Origin: Owenia fusiformis
Lineage: Eukaryota
Direction: 5' to 3'
NCBI GenBank assembly: GCA_903813345.2
Contig: CAIIXF020000001.1
Coordinates: forward strand, 18,786,001 to 18,850,000
DNA length: 64,000 nt
Shown here: positions 60,411 through 64,000 of the stretch, piece after piece
Layout: each line of letters opens with the position of its first letter
How positions within the stretch are numbered: position 1 is the first letter of the stretch
The notes under the pieces: model-generated
Database searches by the model: none
What the model was told of the DNA's origin: nothing
What the model saw: the letters and a program-made list of their open reading frames with translations, nothing else
Position numbers and translations under genes: made by a program

Positions 60411-63400
60411 CTTGAAAAAAAATTAGAAAAATGTGAAAAAATTGAAGAAAATTAGAAAACTCTACCGGGTTTTATATAGGATAAAGCAGTTATGTACGAT
60501 CGGTTTGGATATGGAGTTTATCCCTCGTGAGATATGCACATCTACCTTCGGTCCCTCAGGTTGATATACATATCTCCCTCTGGATAAACCCCATATCCAA
60601 ACCTCCCAGTACATAACCCTTATTTATAGTCAAAATATGATATTTTCAGGAACATATAACTCATTCCATATATTGTCTTCATCTTTCAGTTTTACACAAA
60701 GAGTACATAAATGTACCTTCTGTGATATATGAAAATTCAGTGACCTTTTTAAAGTACAAGAATGAAGGTCACATCTGGTAGGTCTAAAATTCAAAATTAC
60801 AGTTTTCAATATGCATAGTTGGATACTTTTGACAATTAAGATAGGAAAACATGGGTCAAATCATATTAACACATCCATTCAAAATATGTTATATAAAATA
60901 AGCTATGTTCAGTAGCGTAGCCAGGAAGAAAAAAGCGACAAGGCGAAAAATATTACTCGTTGAAAAAAGCAACAAGGCAAGAGCCTCGTGTGCCTCATCC
61001 TGGCTTCAATACAACATTTCCATTATTTAGATTAAAAATGGTGGCTATGTAAATCAGACAGAAATATGAATGGGAATTATGATGGAAATAGAAGAACACG
61101 ATGATAAACCGGGATGATAACCCTTTACGTGATGAGATTATGCACAATTGAATCAGAATTTGATGACTAAAACTAACAAGCCACAGGGTGAACAGAATCG
61201 CACCCTTGAACAGAATACACTTTTCGGGAAGGAAAATTCAAAATGGCCACCTTAACATTTACCCAGACTGCCTAAAAACTAATCAGTTCTAAACTTTCCA
61301 TAGAAACATCTCTAAAATTTTAGGATGAATCCATGAAACCTGTAAACAACCCTCAAGAGACACGTTTTAAGGTATTACTTCACAGTGTATCAGCTTTTTT
61401 TCTACAATTAAGATTTTCCTGAAAAAAATCCTGGTAAAAGATATACTGACTAGAATACTGATGTATTACAAAATATGTGAAAATTGGAATGATTGACCGT
61501 TTAGTTATTTCTAAAAAAAATGTTTTAATTTAAAATTGCTCTCAATGGGAAATTATTTTTTATTTTTTAAAACAAGCCTTCACAGACACGATTTTAGGAC
61601 GAAAAATCCAAAATGGCCACCTTAACATTTACCAACAAGAATGCCGAAAAACTAATCAGTTCTCAACTAAAAATGTTTTAATTTAACATTGCTCTCAATG
61701 GGAAATTCTTTTTTATTTTTTAAAACAAGCCCTCACAGACACGATTTTAGGATGAAAAATCCAAAATGGCCACCTTAACATTTACCAAGAATGCCGAAAA
61801 ACTAATCAGTTCTAAATTTATAGGTAGAAACATCCCTGAGAATTTCAAATGAATCCCTCAAACGGTTTGGCTGGAAACCTGTAGACAAGCCTTGACAGAC
61901 AAAATTTTAGGACGGAAAATCCAAAATGGCCGTCTTAACATTTATCCAGAATGTCAAAAAACTAATCAGTTCTAAACTTTCATAGGTAGAAACATCCCTG
62001 AGAATTTCAAATGAATCCCTCAAACAGTTTGGCTGGAAACCTGTAGACAGCCTTGACAGACAAGATTTTAGAATGGAAAATCCAAAATGGGCACCTTAAC
62101 ATTTACACAGAATGCCGAAAAACTAATCAGTTCTAAACTTTCATAGGTAGAAACATACCTGAGAATTTCAAATGAATCCCTGAAACGGTTTGGCTGGAAA
62201 CCTGTAGACAAGATTCTTCGGGAAAAAAACTTGAAAAAATTGAAAAAAAATTAGAAAAATGTGAAAAAATTGAAAAAATAGAAAAAAAACTGGAAGAAAA
62301 TTAGAAAACTCTACTGGGTATTATATAGGATAAAGCAGTTATGAACGGTCAGTTTGGATATGGAGTTTATCCCTCGTGATATATGCACATCTACCTTCGG
62401 TCCCTCAGGTTGATATACATATCTCCCTCTGGATAAACCCCATATCCAAACCTCCCAGTACATAACCCTTATTTATAGTCAAACAAAATATGCTATTTTC
62501 AGGAACGCATAACTCATTCCATATATGGAATGGAAAATCCAAAATGGGCACCTTAACATTTACACAGAATGCCGAAAAACTAATCAGTTCTAAACTTTCA
62601 TAGGTAGAAACATACCTGAGAATTTCAAATGAATCCCTGAAACGGTTTGGCTGGAAACCTGTAGACAAGATTCTTCGGGAAAAAAACTTGAAAAAATTGA
62701 AAAAAAATTAGAAAAATGTGAAAAAATTGAAAAAATAGAAAAAAAACTGGAAGAAAATTAGAAAACTCTACTGGGTATTATATAGGATAAAGCAGTTATG
62801 TACGGTCAGTTTGGATATGGAGTTTATCCCTCGTGATATATGCACATCTACCTTCGGTCCCTCAGGTTGATATACATATCTCCCTCTGGATAAACCCCAT
62901 ATCCAAACCTCCCAGTACATAACCCTTATTTATAGTCAAACAAAATATGCTATTTTCAGGAACACATAACTCATTCCATATATTGTCTACATCTTTACAG
63001 TTTTCACAAAGAGTACATAAATGTACCTTCTGTGATATATGAAAATTCAGTGACCTTTTTAAAGTACAAGAATGAAGGTCACATCTGGTAGGTCTAAAAT
63101 TCAAAATAACAGTTTTCAATGTGCACAGTTGGACCCGTGTGGATGTAGAACATGTACGGAATGAGTTATGTGTACCTGAAACTAACATGGGGGTCCAATA
63201 AGGAAGAAATTGAGATTTTTAAGCATACAGGTAATCATTGAATTCTGTTTCACTGTGGGACGAAATTCTTGCTCAATCACTTTTTCAACGCATCAATATT
63301 TCATTTATCAGAAATTGATCATATATTACAACCATCCTACTCCAAACATAAGCCACCAGAACTCACACCTCATTCGCAAGAAGGAAGGAACATAGTGGAT

Positions 63401-64000
63401 GAGATATCTGAGGCTCTGCATTCGGAAGGTGAAAGTCTACAAGGCCAAGGATATAGAATAGTATTTATTTACTCTGTTATCATTCATTTACTGTTCTCAT
63501 TTATCAGAACATCAATATATCATACCACTTCAACTTAACAAGGCCAAGGATATAAAACAGAGTTTATTTACTCTGTTGATAAAACTATGATGTTCTAAAT
63601 AAGATTTACATAATAGGCAGGACATTCATTTGAGAGATCTTATATTCTCTCAAGGTCAGGGTAACCAATAAGGTCAAGGTCAATCAACAGACATTCAACA
63701 TCAATGTTTATTGTTTTTGACTATTTTTTAAAGGCCTTGCGCACAGTTTGAATATATAGTTTGATCATTCAAACATGACTTTTCATTAGTTGAAAAACTA
63801 TTTAAACTCATTTGTTGAAAAACATGACTTTAAAAAAAGTTGTTCATCTCATTATTTTCAAATATAGTAGCCGAGACAACACAAGTCCCAAGTCTGTATT
63901 TTTACTCTCATTTCTTCACTTTTAAGAGTTAAGTCATCATATTTTGCATGCATATTCCTTGAAGAAATCCTAACATAGAATTTTATTGGTTTCGATTATA

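Larger units (their letters stand above)
58169..63133. repeat. Segmental tandem duplication (58169-60822 and 60823-63133) with an inner 457 bp duplication
   Basis: Both copies start atacttttgac and end agttgg; inner repeat 62071-62527 / 62528-~62984. Confidence 0.9.

Noticed and set aside
62862..63190. 108 aa ORF as the missing NIP7 upstream exon
   Set aside because: No similarity to the NIP7 N-terminus; the region is bounded by an inverted repeat (62956-62978 / 63158-63180) and is probably a MITE remnant.
63269..63538. Plus-strand exon-like segment (EIDHILQPSYSKHKPPELTPH...)
   Set aside because: Splice-like sites exist, but there is no homology or linked exon in the window; left uncalled.

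Overview
AT-rich, intron-containing animal (non-vertebrate-looking) genomic DNA, not prokaryotic; the species cannot be fixed from this window. Exons were assembled by hand from GT-AG sites and phase matching. They give three conserved genes. OSBPL9/ORP9 is on the minus strand (ATG 33245, 14 exons plus one candidate cassette exon down to 6176, 3' part beyond the left edge). A complete DEPDC1/DEPDC1B-like gene is on the plus strand (33615-44263, 11 exons, 951 aa), head-to-head with OSBPL9 across 369 bp. The last three coding exons of NIP7 are on the minus strand (58149-51089). The terminal exon of a NAL1/Ssy5-type trypsin-like serine protease gene (+, 273-1309) appears to be nested in an OSBPL9 intron and is frameshifted exactly where the catalytic His should be. 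The introns hold many nested non-autonomous transposons, several with boundaries confirmed by empty sites inside the window: a 4.1 kb Academ-like element with ~1 kb TIRs carrying a solo LTR, a CAC-ended Transib-like foldback, 5-bp-TSD MITEs, Crypton-like palindromic elements, three Helentron/HINE families seeding tandem arrays, and a LINE 3' fragment. There is also a 7-unit degenerate macro-array and a 2.3-2.7 kb tandem duplication. No autonomous transposase, rRNA or CRISPR array was seen. Transposon superfamily calls rest on termini and TSDs only; no database search was run.
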